DNA of 64,000 nucleotides from Bacteroidetes bacterium QS_3_64_15 (GTDB taxonomy: Bacteria > Bacteroidota > Rhodothermia > Rhodothermales > Salinibacteraceae), in contig PXTN01000131.1 of the NCBI GenBank assembly GCA_003022565.1, forward strand, positions 1,108-65,107. Direction: 5' to 3'. Every line of letters starts with the position of its first letter. The first letter of the stretch is position 1. The notes beneath the pieces were generated by a model. It was not told the origin of the DNA, ran no database searches, and was given only the letters and a program-made list of their open reading frames with translations. The position numbers and the translations under genes are program-made. This document shows positions 50,403 to 60,931 of this stretch, piece after piece.

Positions 50403-51095
50403 ATGCCTGCCCCTCCCAAAACGCCCACGCTCGCTCCCTCAATTATCGCGGCCGATCCCGGGCGATTTGCCGCCTGTGCCGATGAAGTCCTCAGGGCCGG
50501 TCCCAATTGGCTTCACGTCGACATTATGGACGGCCATTTCGTCCCCAACATTACCATCGGCCCCGACGTAGTGCGGGCCCTCCGGCCCGTGGTCAACGAG
50601 CACGACGCTCGGCTCGACGTGCACCTCATGATCGAGGAGCCGCAGAACTACATCAGCGACTTTGCCGACGCGGGAGCCGACACTCTCACGGTCCACGTGG
50701 AGGCGTGTCCGCACCTCCACCGGGTGGCCCAGCAGATCCGGGCCACGGGCTGTGACGTAGGCGTTGCCGTTAATCCCGCCACCCCTCTCGGGTACCTCGA
50801 CGGCATTTTGCCCTTCGTCGACCTCACGCTCGTCATGTCGGTCAATCCGGGCTTTAGTGGACAACGCTTTATTCCGGAGTCCACGGCGAAAGTTCAGCGC
50901 CTACGTCGTCAGCTCAACGCCCTCGGCTCCAGCGCCCACCTGGAGATCGACGGGGGGGTGTCGCCCAGCAACGCCATGGAGCTCATTCGGGCCGGGGCCG
51001 ACGTGCTAGTGGCCGGCAGCGCCGTGTTTGGAGGCGACCAGTCGGTGGCGCAAAACATTGAGGCGCTGCGGAGCGCCCTGACGCTCAAGGTGTGA
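50403..51095 (+). CDS. rpe: Ribulose-phosphate 3-epimerase
   Basis: APSI, HVDIMDGHFVPN, DVHLM, MSVNPGFSGQ, IDGG, VAGSA. Confidence 0.98.
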   Translation: MPAPPKTPTLAPSIIAADPGRFAACADEVLRAGPNWLHVDIMDGHFVPNITIGPDVVRALRPVVNEHDARLDVHLMIEEPQNYISDFADAGADTLTVHVEACPHLHRVAQQIRATGCDVGVAVNPATPLGYLDGILPFVDLTLVMSVNPGFSGQRFIPESTAKVQRLRRQLNALGSSAHLEIDGGVSPSNAMELIRAGADVLVAGSAVFGGDQSVAQNIEALRSALTLKV

Positions 51096-51123
51096 CCTAA
51101 GTGGGACGAGTGGGGAGGCGCGG

Positions 51124-52062
51124 CTATGAGGGGACGCTGTGTCCATCGGACTCCGCGCGGGCATCGAGCACGGCATCGATCCCCTCCTCGTGAGCGGTCT
51201 CCAGTTGTTTCTTTTCGCGGCGCCAGAAAATAAATAGGGCAATTCCCATTACGATGGCCAGAAAGCCGCTGCCGTACTGCATCACCTTGAAAGCGCTGGC
51301 GGAGTATGAGTTGGAGTCGGGGTTGAACTGCGCGCAGGCGAGGAAGGCCTTGTCGATGGCATTGCCGACGGAGCCGTTCGAGGCCTCGACGAGGGCCGTC
51401 CGCAGATCGCCCGAAGCGGGGTCGAGCGTCGTGAAGTATCGGGTAATGGTGCCGGAGCCGCTGAGAAACACGATTGTCGCAGGATGGGCATATTGATTCT
51501 CCTTGTCCGGGAGGGGCTTGTAGCGAAAGCCAATCGAGTCGGCCAGCGTCTGGATGGCGTCCTGCCCGCCGGTCAGGAAGTGCCAGCCGTCGAGCGTCGT
51601 CTCCGGCTCTTCCAGGTAGGTGGCATAGCGCTGCTGGGCCTTGCGGGCGATCTTGGGACCCTCCTCGGGGCTGATGTCAACGGTCAGCACCTCGAATTTG
51701 TCGCCCGCCGTCCACGACAGGCCGCTCAACGACTCGGCGAACTTCTGAAGCTGAACTTGGCATAGCTGTGGGCAGCGGTGGTAGTTTAGGGTAAGCATCA
51801 CCGGGGTCGACCCGTCGAAGTACTGAGCGAGGCGAACCGGATCGCCCTGCTCGTCCCGAAACGAGAGATCCTTTGGAATTGTCGCCTCAAGGTTCTGGTC
51901 GACGCCCACGTTTTCAAGATGCTCCGGCGTCTGGTTGGCCCGCTGGGCGTGGGCCATCGGCGAAACGTTCCCGGCCCAGATGAGGACGAGGGCCACCGCT
52001 GTTCCGATCTGCAAAAGAGAGCGGACCCGACAATCCGCCCCGAACAGACGCGTGCGACTCAT
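51124..52062 (-). CDS. SCO/SenC-family copper chaperone with C-terminal TM
   Basis: CPQLC (CxxxC), WHFLTG, YAHPA; signal-like N-terminus. Confidence 0.9.
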   Translation of the reverse strand: MSRTRLFGADCRVRSLLQIGTAVALVLIWAGNVSPMAHAQRANQTPEHLENVGVDQNLEATIPKDLSFRDEQGDPVRLAQYFDGSTPVMLTLNYHRCPQLCQVQLQKFAESLSGLSWTAGDKFEVLTVDISPEEGPKIARKAQQRYATYLEEPETTLDGWHFLTGGQDAIQTLADSIGFRYKPLPDKENQYAHPATIVFLSGSGTITRYFTTLDPASGDLRTALVEASNGSVGNAIDKAFLACAQFNPDSNSYSASAFKVMQYGSGFLAIVMGIALFIFWRREKKQLETAHEEGIDAVLDARAESDGHSVPS

Positions 52063-52267
52063 AAAATTTCCGGGTTGAGACGAAGAGTACTGCGCTTTGT
52101 TTGAACCCGGCACCGCCCTGAAAGTTTGGACGTGGTTCCCGGGGCGCCAGGTGCGCCGGTTCCCGCCCGAGCAATCAGGACTTATCCGGAGCAGCGTTCG
52201 GGATCTTCAGTGCCGCGGAGATGTTGGCACGCTCGACCATTCCTTTTCACGTCGACTCCTTCGCCGC

Positions 52268-53203
52268 ATGACCATTCTCGTGACCGGCGGCGCCGGGTTC
52301 ATCGGCTCCCACGTCGCTGACGCGCTTCTCGCCGAGGGGCATGAGGTCCACGTCCTCGACAATCTTTCTACGGGTCGTCGCTGGAAGGTGCCCGAGGCTG
52401 CGCCCCTCTTCGAGCACGACATTCGCTCCGACGGGGCCGCCGCCCTCGTTGCCGAGCACGAGTACGACTGCCTCGTCCACCACGCCGCACAGATGGACGT
52501 GCGGAAATCGGTGGAGAACCCGGGCTTCGACGCTGACGTCAACATCCGGGGGCTCCTCAACCTGATGGAGGTCGGCATCGACCACGGCCTCCAGAAAGTG
52601 GTGCTTGCCTCCACGGGCGGGGCCATTTACGGCGAGCCCGAGTACACGCCCCAGGACGAGGAGCATTCACTCCGGCCCGTTTCGCCGTACGGTGTGGCCA
52701 AACTGGCGTCCGAGAAGTATCTCTACTACTACCAGACGCAGTACGACGTCGCCACGGTGGCCCTGCGTTACGCCAACATTTACGGCCCCCGGCAAAATCC
52801 GCACGGGGAAGCGGGGGTCGTGGCCATCTTCACGAGGGAGATGCTCGGGGGCGGGCAGCCGGTCATCAACGGCCCCGGCGAGCAGACCCGCGACTACGTG
52901 TACGTGGGCGACGTGGTGCGGGCCAACCTCGCGGCGCTGACTCATAATGGCAGCGGGGTGTTCAACGTAGGCACCGGCCGGGAGACTAGCGTCAACGAGC
53001 TATTTCGCATGCTCCGCGCGGAGACGGGGACCAACGTCGACGAGACGCACGGGCCGGCAAAGCCGGGGGAGCAGGAGCGAAGTGTGCTCGGCTACAGGAA
53101 GGCGGACCACGAGCTCGGGTGGGCGCCACAGGTCCCGATCGAGGAGGGACTGGCCCGCACGGTCGAATGGTTCCGCTCGCGGTATACGGCTGAAGCAACC
53201 TGA
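52268..53203 (+). CDS. NAD-dependent epimerase/dehydratase (UDP-glucose 4-epimerase-like)
   Basis: TGGAGFIGSH, STGGAIYG, PYGVAK, RYANIYGPRQ, QTRDYVYV. Confidence 0.95.
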   Translation: MTILVTGGAGFIGSHVADALLAEGHEVHVLDNLSTGRRWKVPEAAPLFEHDIRSDGAAALVAEHEYDCLVHHAAQMDVRKSVENPGFDADVNIRGLLNLMEVGIDHGLQKVVLASTGGAIYGEPEYTPQDEEHSLRPVSPYGVAKLASEKYLYYYQTQYDVATVALRYANIYGPRQNPHGEAGVVAIFTREMLGGGQPVINGPGEQTRDYVYVGDVVRANLAALTHNGSGVFNVGTGRETSVNELFRMLRAETGTNVDETHGPAKPGEQERSVLGYRKADHELGWAPQVPIEEGLARTVEWFRSRYTAEAT

Positions 53204-53674
53204 AGGGCCGACGGGTTCAGCCCCCCTGAATCCCCTTGCGGGGGCGAGATCGCCGAATTTCATCGTTTGGTCGCACTCCGACAGTGTGGGTTGACCGCGG
53301 AAGCGCTGCCTTTACGTGCAACGACCGCGGGCCGAAGGCTTTCGGCCGGCAGACCGCCGATGAACGCCGAGAAACCGCCGTCTGCGGTCCGCCGTCGGTC
53401 GTTTTTCCGAAGGGAACGCAGTCCTGAGATTTCAACTCACAGGATTGAAATGCTACCCATCGTTTAGCGACCGGGTGGGCACCGCCACATCTGATCTCTG
53501 CGATACGGGGAAACAGTCCTCCAGTGCCGAATCTCCCGGAAATGTAAAGCGAGGTTGGAACACGATGAAGGACGACATTGATCTCCGCGCCGCCGGGCCT
53601 TACTATTTCCAGGCGTTCCAGACATCGCAAACGTCTCGCCCTCTGAGTTCTTTTTCAGTTTGCCCAACTGATGC

Positions 53675-54316
53675 ATGCCGACGCCCACCTCCGAGCTCCG
53701 GACCGTTATCGATCGCCTCCCGTTTTCGGTCGACGACACCGACGCTGCCAATGATGCCTTTCGGCGGTGGGTGAAGGGGAACGACCCGGACGCTAAGCGC
53801 CTCGTGGATCTCTGGACGTACTGTTACGTCTGCCGGTACTTTCTGTCCAAGTCAACGAAAGGCACGTTCGACAGCACTTCCGACGCCGACGAGCTTACCA
53901 CGCGGACCTACCGCAAAGTTGAGAGAAACCGCGACAGCGTCCGAAATCCAGACCGCTACACCAACTGGGTAAGCGTGGTCTGCAAGAACACGTTTCTCAA
54001 TTATAGGCGTCGCACTCAGTTCTCTGAGTCGATCGAAGAAGAGGAGGGCCCTACACTCACCTCCGACGAGGGGCATTCCGTAGCGGAGATCGGATTCGTG
54101 CGCGAAGCGTTCAACGAGGCCATCGAAGGACTTCCGCCATACCTGCAGGAACCGGCCCGGCGCTACTTTCTCGAAGACCAGGAGTTCGAAGAAATTAGTG
54201 AGGCGATTGGCAAGCCGGTAGCGACCGTGCGGACCTATAAGCATAAGGCCGTAAAGCAACTTCGCACTGACGACCGACTCCAAGAGTACGTAGAACGACC
54301 GGATTTCGGGAACTGA
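53675..54316 (+). CDS. ECF-type sigma-70 factor
   Basis: Region 2 ADELTTRTY...YTNWVSVVCKNTFLNYRR; region 4 EEISEAIGKPVATVRTYKHKAVKQL. Confidence 0.88.
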   Translation: MPTPTSELRTVIDRLPFSVDDTDAANDAFRRWVKGNDPDAKRLVDLWTYCYVCRYFLSKSTKGTFDSTSDADELTTRTYRKVERNRDSVRNPDRYTNWVSVVCKNTFLNYRRRTQFSESIEEEEGPTLTSDEGHSVAEIGFVREAFNEAIEGLPPYLQEPARRYFLEDQEFEEISEAIGKPVATVRTYKHKAVKQLRTDDRLQEYVERPDFGN

Positions 54317-54471
54317 CACTCCCCCCTGGATTCAGAAAGGACCGGTCCGACTGGGAGGCACTGGCCGACTCAAGGCCAGCAGTTCTCCTGTCGGTCTTGG
54401 ACCCTCCTTGACCCTCCTTGGAGAAGTCGATGCGGATCTTCCGTCCCGTATAGTCGCACGACTTACCACTC

Positions 54472-55464
54472 ATGAACGACATCGAAGAGCAAATTCTCTC
54501 GTATCCTCATCTCTCTGCGGAGGAGCAGCGCGAGGTTGAAGCGTACGTCGAGTCGAATCCAGAGTGGGCCTCCCTCCTTCGGGATGTCCGCTCCATCGAG
54601 GCGCTTTCTGCAAGTGCGCAGACTGACCTTCCGTCCGATCCCCTTCTTGCCACCTACGTGACGGTTCGGCACCTCCATCCAGAGGAAGACGTGCCGCCCG
54701 GGCTGGACACGGCCTTCTCGAAGCTCGAGACCCGCATCGAGCGCGACGCATCGCTTCGGCAGAAGGTCGATGCGGCCCAGCGCCGACTGCGCGAGGCTGA
54801 GGCGGCCATCGATCCCGTGTCGCACTTCGAGGCACTGACGGAGCATACGCTCGAGAAAGAGACGGAACCGGAACCGGTCCAGCACACGGAGCCAGCGTCG
54901 ACCGAGAGTCCGGGCACGGCCCCGTCGCCGCTGGAGGTCTTCCTGGATCTCCCGCGGCTCGCGCGGTGGGGGGCAGTGGTGGCCGTCGTACTGGTGGGGA
55001 CGTACGGGGCCCTGTACGGCGTGAGTCAGGTCACGCAGTCGACCCTCGATCGCCTCGCCGCCGTGGAGGTCAGTGATCAGGTCGTCGAAAACTACGCCAC
55101 CACCGAACTGCGCGGCGCTCAACCAGAGACCGACACGGCGTCGGTCGACGACCAATATCTGGAGGCGCTTTCCGCGCTTCGGGAAGCACGGAGCTCCACG
55201 TTAGGACTCTTCCCCCGATACGACCCCGGACGGCTCGAACAGGCGAAGCAGGGCCTGAATCGGGTGCTGGAGCAGGTCGAGCCCGGCTCCTTTCTGGCCC
55301 TAGAGGCGCACTTCTATCTCGGCAAAATTGCCCTTGCGCAGGAAGAGGTCGACGCCGCCCGGCGTCACTTCAAGACGGTCGTGCGGAGGGAGGGTCGGCG
55401 GACGGACGAGGCATATGAGATCCTGAAGACGATTCAGCAGGAATACGGCAGGAGACGTGAGTAG
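54472..55464 (+). CDS. Putative membrane anti-sigma factor with extracytoplasmic TPR domain
   Basis: N-terminal anti-sigma-like helices (LSAEEQREVEAYV), TM WGAVVAVVLVGTYGALYGV, C-terminal AHFYLGKIALAQ...ARRHF TPR; follows the ECF gene. Confidence 0.75.
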   Translation: MNDIEEQILSYPHLSAEEQREVEAYVESNPEWASLLRDVRSIEALSASAQTDLPSDPLLATYVTVRHLHPEEDVPPGLDTAFSKLETRIERDASLRQKVDAAQRRLREAEAAIDPVSHFEALTEHTLEKETEPEPVQHTEPASTESPGTAPSPLEVFLDLPRLARWGAVVAVVLVGTYGALYGVSQVTQSTLDRLAAVEVSDQVVENYATTELRGAQPETDTASVDDQYLEALSALREARSSTLGLFPRYDPGRLEQAKQGLNRVLEQVEPGSFLALEAHFYLGKIALAQEEVDAARRHFKTVVRREGRRTDEAYEILKTIQQEYGRRRE

Positions 55465-55620
55465 GGGGGCGCCGATTCGTCCGCTCTGCGCAGGATGCGT
55501 GTGGGCGGATGGGAAAGGGGGAAAGGGAGTGTTGGAGAGCGGGAGCGTGGGTGCACGAGCGATTTTGCTTTCAGCATTCGCGATCGTGCCTACTGCTGCG
55601 TCAGTCGTCATTCTTTGTGT

Positions 55621-55786
55621 AGAAGCGATCTCAAAATCCCGGCAGCATGTCGTTCCGAGCGAAGTCGAGACACGAGCTTAGCGACTGACGAAGTGAACCT
55701 CCTCAAAACGAGCAGATGCTCTCGGGGAGATCCCTCCGCGTTGGTCGGGATGACGAGGCACGGAGGGGATTTTGAGATCGTGGCTT
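55621..55786. mobile_element. MITE/REP-like palindromic element between convergent genes
   Basis: Perfect 15-bp inverted repeat CGATCTCAAAATCCC / GGGATTTTGAGATCG enclosing GTCGTTCCGAGCGAAG...GAGATCCCTCCGC...GTCGGGATGAC. Confidence 0.75.
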
Positions 55787-55898
55787 CCACCTAAACAGTC
55801 AGGTCTGACGCGGCACTATACTCTCCATACCCGCGCCCTTTCCCCCATTCCCCCATTTTCTTTCTCCCGTTCTCCCATGCCCAACCACGGCTCGGGAA

Positions 55899-57032
55899 TC
55901 ATGCGTAGGTGTTGAGCATCACCGGCATGATGAGCATGAGGATGTCCTCGTCCTCGGCATCCTCGCGTGGCAGAACAATGCCGGCGCGGTTGGGAGAGCT
56001 GAGCTCGAAGACCATCTCGTCGCACTCGACGTTACTGAGCACTTCGGTGAGGTACTCCGAGTTGAACCCGATCTCCATCGCCTCACTGTCATGGTCGCAG
56101 TGGATGGTCTCCTCGGCTTCGCTGGAGCGCTCTACGTCTTCGGCCGAGATGGTCACCGTGTCGGCCGTGATGTCAAGCCGGATCTGGTTCGTCATGCTGG
56201 AGGAGTAGAGCCCGACGCGCTTGACGGCGTTGAGCATGTCCTCACGGTTAACGACGAGGTGGCGATCGTTCCCGTCCGGAATGACGGACTGGTAGTTCGG
56301 GTACGTCTCGTCGATCAGCCGGGCGAGCACGCGGGAGTTTTCGAATTCGAAGCTCACGTAACTCTCGTCCACCCGAATGGTACAGATCTCGTCGTCCTCC
56401 ACGATTCGGCCTGCGAGCTTCGTGGCCTTCTCCGGCACAATGAAGTCGGCGGAGGTGTTGGCCCGAAGCTCGGGAAGGGTGAGTTTCACGAGCCGGTGCC
56501 CGTCCGTGGCGACCACAGAGGTCGAATCCTCACCGACCTGAAAGTACACTCCCATCATGGCGGGGCGCAGGGCATCCTGGCTCACGGCGAAGGCGGTCTT
56601 GTCGATCGTGCGGCCTAGCAGTCCGCCTTCGACGTTGATCTCGTGCTGTTCCTCCAGCTCCGGCAGCTCAGGATAGTCCGACCCGTCGTGGCCCACCATC
56701 TTGTAATGGCCCTGGTCGGTCTCCATCCGGATCTCGAAGTCGCTGTCCGCCGTGAACTCGATGGGCAGGTCCGGCAGCGCGCGCAGGGTGTCGATCAGGC
56801 GCTGGGCCGGCACCGCGATGGGGGTGCTCTCCGGCGTGCCGTTCGTTTCGAACTGAACGGGCACCGTCTGAATGATCGAGATCTCGAGGTCGGTGGCGCT
56901 CAGGCGCAGCGTGTCCCCGTCGCGCTCGAAGAGAATGCACTCCAAGATGGGCATCGTGCTCTTCGACGGAACGGCGCCCTTGACGGTGTTGAGCGCCTCG
57001 AGAAGGTCGGCGCTTGAAGCGGTGAATTTCAT
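55899..57032 (-). CDS. dnaN: DNA polymerase III beta clamp
   Basis: ATDLE, VATDGHRL, ARLID..YPNY, IGFN, LIMPV. Confidence 0.98.
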   Translation of the reverse strand: MKFTASSADLLEALNTVKGAVPSKSTMPILECILFERDGDTLRLSATDLEISIIQTVPVQFETNGTPESTPIAVPAQRLIDTLRALPDLPIEFTADSDFEIRMETDQGHYKMVGHDGSDYPELPELEEQHEINVEGGLLGRTIDKTAFAVSQDALRPAMMGVYFQVGEDSTSVVATDGHRLVKLTLPELRANTSADFIVPEKATKLAGRIVEDDEICTIRVDESYVSFEFENSRVLARLIDETYPNYQSVIPDGNDRHLVVNREDMLNAVKRVGLYSSSMTNQIRLDITADTVTISAEDVERSSEAEETIHCDHDSEAMEIGFNSEYLTEVLSNVECDEMVFELSSPNRAGIVLPREDAEDEDILMLIMPVMLNTYA

Positions 57033-57239
57033 GGGTGTAGGCGCGTTGCAGAAAGGAACAGTCGAAGTTTAGTGGGCTCCATATTAAAGTAAACGGACGC
57101 ACAAATTCATGCGCAACCTATACGGGGGGGAACGACGGAAGATTCAGAGCTGCGGGTGCGTGGTTGCTGAGCCGATCATGGGGAGCGAAAGATCGAGGCC
57201 TGCTACGTCGACGCCTCCCATGATGACTTCGGCCGTGTG

Positions 57240-57530
57240 ACCCAGGCGCTCAGAAACTGGGCGCCCGTCGGCGCGTAGCCCAAACGCTGCCCCAAATGCA
57301 CTCGCCCGCCTGTTTCAGAACGAACGTCCTTGGCCTTGCGTAAGCGGGGTGCCGGGCGCAAGCGGGGTGCCGGCAGACCGTCCCAGATCACCAGCCCCTT
57401 CCTCCCGATCACCGTTCCTCCCCGCCCCTGGTCGACACCTGCTCGCGAAATCGGCGATGTCGGGTCGTTTCCATCCTTGCCGCTCGGGCTTGAAGGCTCG
57501 TGGGCGCCGGTTTTCTTTTCAGTCGGCCGG
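57240..57530 (-). pseudogene. Degraded IS630-family transposase fragment
   Basis: IGRKGLVIWDGLPA...GRVHL.Q..GYAP resembles the IS630 second-Asp and LPxYxP motifs; contains an 18-bp tandem duplication (57338-57373). Confidence 0.65.
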
Positions 57531-57693
57531 GTCGGAGTCTACGACAGCTTGTTGCTTTCCGAACAGCATCACGCGTGCAGAGTGGACCACCGCCACCGCA
57601 TCGAGCACCCTCTCCAAAAGGGGAGCAACCCGCTCACGGCTCAGTAGTAGATGCAAAGCAGGGCGCTTAGTCGACTCCGAAATACAGGATCGG

Positions 57694-58416
57694 TCAGGCC
57701 GTCGTGGAGGCCTGCGAGGTGGCGGCCTTGCGCTTGAGGGCCGAGAGCCAGCGCGTGATGTCGATGTCCTTGGGGCACGACTCGTTGCAGTTGAAGATGG
57801 TGTAGCATTTCCAGAGGCCGTCCGGCGAGTCGACCACGTCGAGCCGCTCTTCCACCCCGTCGTCGCGGCTGTCAAAGGTGTAGCGGTAGGCCTTCAGCAT
57901 GGCCGCAGGACCGAGGTAATCCGGATCGGCCCAGGTGGAGGGGCAGGCGTGCGTGCAGGCCCCGCACATGATGCACTTCGTGGCGTCTTCGATCATGGCG
58001 TGCTCCTCCGGGCTCTGCTCGTACTCGCGTTCGGGCTCGGGCCCATCGGTGATGAGCCACGGCTTCACGTCGCGGTACTTCTCGAAGAAGCGGCTTTGGT
58101 CAATGATCAAGTCCTTGATCACCGGAGCCGAGGGGAGCGGGGCGAACGTGATGGTGTCTCCGTCGCCGTCTGCCAGGTCCTGCACAAGCACGGAGCAGGC
58201 GAGCTTGTTCTCGCCGTTGATCTGCATCGCGTCCGAGCCGCAGATGCCGTGCGCGCAGCTCTTTCGCAGCGACAGGGTGCCGTCGATGTGCCACTTTACG
58301 TGGAGCAGCAGCGAGAGGGCGCTGTCGAGCGGTTCAGCCGGCACCTCGTACGATTCCCAATGCGGCTCGTCGTCCTCGTCGGGATTGTATCGCTTGATCT
58401 CGATGTTTAACTGCAT
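57694..58416 (-). CDS. sdhB: Succinate dehydrogenase iron-sulfur subunit
   Basis: SCAHGICGSD, CIMCGACTHACP, CYTIFNCNESCPK. Confidence 0.98.
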   Translation of the reverse strand: MQLNIEIKRYNPDEDDEPHWESYEVPAEPLDSALSLLLHVKWHIDGTLSLRKSCAHGICGSDAMQINGENKLACSVLVQDLADGDGDTITFAPLPSAPVIKDLIIDQSRFFEKYRDVKPWLITDGPEPEREYEQSPEEHAMIEDATKCIMCGACTHACPSTWADPDYLGPAAMLKAYRYTFDSRDDGVEERLDVVDSPDGLWKCYTIFNCNESCPKDIDITRWLSALKRKAATSQASTTA

Positions 58417-58418
58417 AG

Positions 58419-58506
58419 CAAGTATGGATGTGTGGAGGTTCGTACGTGTGGAAGTATGGACGATGCCTCGCGTCCATACATTCGTGCTTCCATCCTTCCA
58501 CACTTA
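58419..58506. repeat. Inverted octamer hairpin between sdhA and sdhB
   Basis: agtatgga tgtgtgga...cgtgtgga agtatgga ... tccataca...tccatcct tccacact. Confidence 0.8.
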
Positions 58507-60246
58507 GTAGCTTCTTTCCTTGGGCTCGAACCGGGTGATGACGACCTCCTTATCACTGAACTCGTAGGTGCCGTTGCAGTCGCTGTGGAAAAGCGTGTGC
58601 TTGAGCCAGTCCTCATCGTTTCGCTCCTCGTAGTCTTCTCGAGAGTGCGCCCCGCGGCTCTCCGTGCGGTGCCGGGCCCCCGCCGCGATGGCCTCGGCGT
58701 AGTCGACCATGAAGCCGACCTCCACCGCGTCCATCAAGTCGGTGTTGAAGCGCTTACCCTTGTCCTCCACGACGACGTTTTCGGCGCGCTTGCGAAGGCC
58801 GTGAAGGTGGTCGAGGGCCGTGGAAAGCGTGTCGTCGTTGCGGAAGACGCTGACGTTCTCCATCATCGTCTCCTGCAGCTCCGTCCGTACGTTGACGATC
58901 GGCTCGCCCTCGTCGCGCGTGGTGGAGAGCAGGTCGTCGAGCAGGTCGCGCGTGTCCTGCTCCGGCTCGTCGGGCAGCGGCGCGTGCTCCTTGCCCTGGC
59001 GCACCTGCTTGGCCATCTCGATGCCGGTGCGCCGCCCCATTACCACGAGCTCCAGCAGGGCATTGGTGCCGAGGCGGTTGGCCCCGTGGATGCTCACGCA
59101 TGCGCACTCGCCGACGGCGTACAGACCCGGAACGTACTCCCCCCGTTCGCCCATCTCCACGTGGCCGTCCTCGTTGGCCGGAATGCCGCCCATCGCGTAG
59201 TGGCAGGTGGGCACTACCGGAATGGGCTCCTCCTTCGGATCCACGCCCATGTAGGTGCGCGAGAACTCGGTGACCTCCGGTAGCTTCTCGTCGAGAATTG
59301 AGTGTTCGAGGTGCGTGAGGTCGAGGTGCACGTAGTTTTTGCCCTGGACCCCGCGGCCCTCGCGGATCTCCTTGTAGATGCACTGGCTCACCAGGTCGCG
59401 CGGGGCGAGGTCCTTCACTGTCGGCGCGTAGCGCTCCATGAAGCGCTCACCTTCCGAGTTGCGCAGGATGCCCCCCTCGCCGCGGGCGCCCTCGGTGATG
59501 AGGATGCCGAGGCGGTAGAGGCCCGTGGGGTGGAACTGGACGAACTCCATGTCCTCCAGCGGGATGCCGTTGCGCAGCATGATGCCCATGCCGTCGCCCG
59601 TGCCCGCGTGGGCGTTCGAGGTGGTCTCGAAGGCGCGGCCGTACCCGCCGGTGGCGAAGCAGACCTGCTTGGCGTGGAACGTGTGGATTTCGCCGGTGAG
59701 GATCTCGTAGGCCACCACGCCCGCGCACTCCCCGTCCTCGGTCATGATGAGGTCGAGGACCTGAAACTCGTCGTAGAAGCGCACGCCCTGCTTCGTGCAC
59801 TGGTCGTAGAGGGTGTGCAGGATGGTGTGGCCGGTGCGGTCGGCGGCGTGGCAGGAGCGCTTCACGGGCGCCTCGCCAAAGTTGCGCGTGTGCCCGCCGA
59901 ACCGCCGCTGCGAAATCGTGCCCTCCTCATTGCGGCTGAAGGGCACGCCGTAGTGCTCCAGCTCCACGATGGTGCGGGGGGCGTCCTTGCAGAGCGCCTC
60001 GATGGCGTCCTGGTCGCCCACGTAATCGCTGCCCTTTACCGTGTCGAAGGCGTGCCAGAGCCAGTGGTCCTCCTCCTCGTTGCCCAGGGCCGCAGCGATG
60101 CCGCCCTGCGCCGCCCCTGTGTGGGAGCGGAGCGGGTGCAGCTTCGAAACAACCCCCACGTCGGCCCCCCCCTCCCGGGCGTAGAGCGCAGCCATCAATC
60201 CGGCCCCGCCCGCCCCAACAACGACGACGTCGTGGTCAAAAGTCAT
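58504..60246 (-). CDS. sdhA: Succinate dehydrogenase flavoprotein
   Basis: [52 protein letters not shown]. Confidence 0.99.
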   Translation of the reverse strand: MTFDHDVVVVGAGGAGLMAALYAREGGADVGVVSKLHPLRSHTGAAQGGIAAALGNEEEDHWLWHAFDTVKGSDYVGDQDAIEALCKDAPRTIVELEHYGVPFSRNEEGTISQRRFGGHTRNFGEAPVKRSCHAADRTGHTILHTLYDQCTKQGVRFYDEFQVLDLIMTEDGECAGVVAYEILTGEIHTFHAKQVCFATGGYGRAFETTSNAHAGTGDGMGIMLRNGIPLEDMEFVQFHPTGLYRLGILITEGARGEGGILRNSEGERFMERYAPTVKDLAPRDLVSQCIYKEIREGRGVQGKNYVHLDLTHLEHSILDEKLPEVTEFSRTYMGVDPKEEPIPVVPTCHYAMGGIPANEDGHVEMGERGEYVPGLYAVGECACVSIHGANRLGTNALLELVVMGRRTGIEMAKQVRQGKEHAPLPDEPEQDTRDLLDDLLSTTRDEGEPIVNVRTELQETMMENVSVFRNDDTLSTALDHLHGLRKRAENVVVEDKGKRFNTDLMDAVEVGFMVDYAEAIAAGARHRTESRGAHSREDYEERNDEDWLKHTLFHSDCNGTYEFSDKEVVITRFEPKERSY

Positions 60247-60247
60247 G

Positions 60248-60365
60248 GTGCGTGATGCGTGATGAGTGATGCGTGATGAGTGATACGTGACAAGTGAGAC
60301 GTGAGAGTAAAAGTCCTACTGTGAGCTGTTTAGCAGTCTCACGTATCACGATTCACGTTTCACGT
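60248..60365. repeat. Inverted heptamer hairpin between sdhD and sdhA
   Basis: cgtgatg cgtgatg agtgatg cgtgatg agtgata cgtgaca agtgaga cgtgaga ... tcacgta tcacgat tcacgtt tcacgtc. Confidence 0.9.
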
Positions 60366-60421
60366 CCGGTAGTCAGAAGCAGCCCTGTCCGAAATACCCT
60401 CCTCTTTCAGAGAATGTCTCG

Positions 60422-60880
60422 TCACCACCCGGCCGTAATCACCGAATACAAGCCGAGGATGAGCAATCCGAGGGCCACCGTCCATGAGAGCGCACGGGCC
60501 ACCAGACGTCCCATCGGATTGCGGATGTAGTCGGTCATCACGTTGTTGAGGCCGTAAAAGCCGTGGTGGAGCGCCACGACGAGGAAGAGGATGTTGAATC
60601 CCTTCCACAGCACCGCGTAAACCGGATCGGCCAGCCGTTGCATCACCACCTGGTACGGCGTTGCCTCCGCACTGGAGCCCATGCGGGCCTCCACGCCTTC
60701 TTCCGCCTCCTCCGGATAGTCCGGCATTTCACCCTTCTCTGTCACCACCTCGTGGGTCACCGAGGCGGCCTGGTGGTCGTAATGCTGCACCCAGAAGTGG
60801 GTGATCAGGAAGAAAATCAGAAAGGTGCCCGTGATGCGATGCAGGAACCAGTTGAGCGCGTTGGTTTGAGAAGCAGCCAT
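60422..60880 (-). CDS. sdhD: Succinate dehydrogenase membrane anchor subunit
   Basis: WFLHRITG, ALHHGFYGL....DY; three TM segments. Confidence 0.9.
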   Translation of the reverse strand: MAASQTNALNWFLHRITGTFLIFFLITHFWVQHYDHQAASVTHEVVTEKGEMPDYPEEAEEGVEARMGSSAEATPYQVVMQRLADPVYAVLWKGFNILFLVVALHHGFYGLNNVMTDYIRNPMGRLVARALSWTVALGLLILGLYSVITAGW

Positions 60881-60931
60881 GGCGAGAAACCGTGGAGTGA
60901 GCGAGGCGTCGAGGGCAGAGGAGGGAACACG

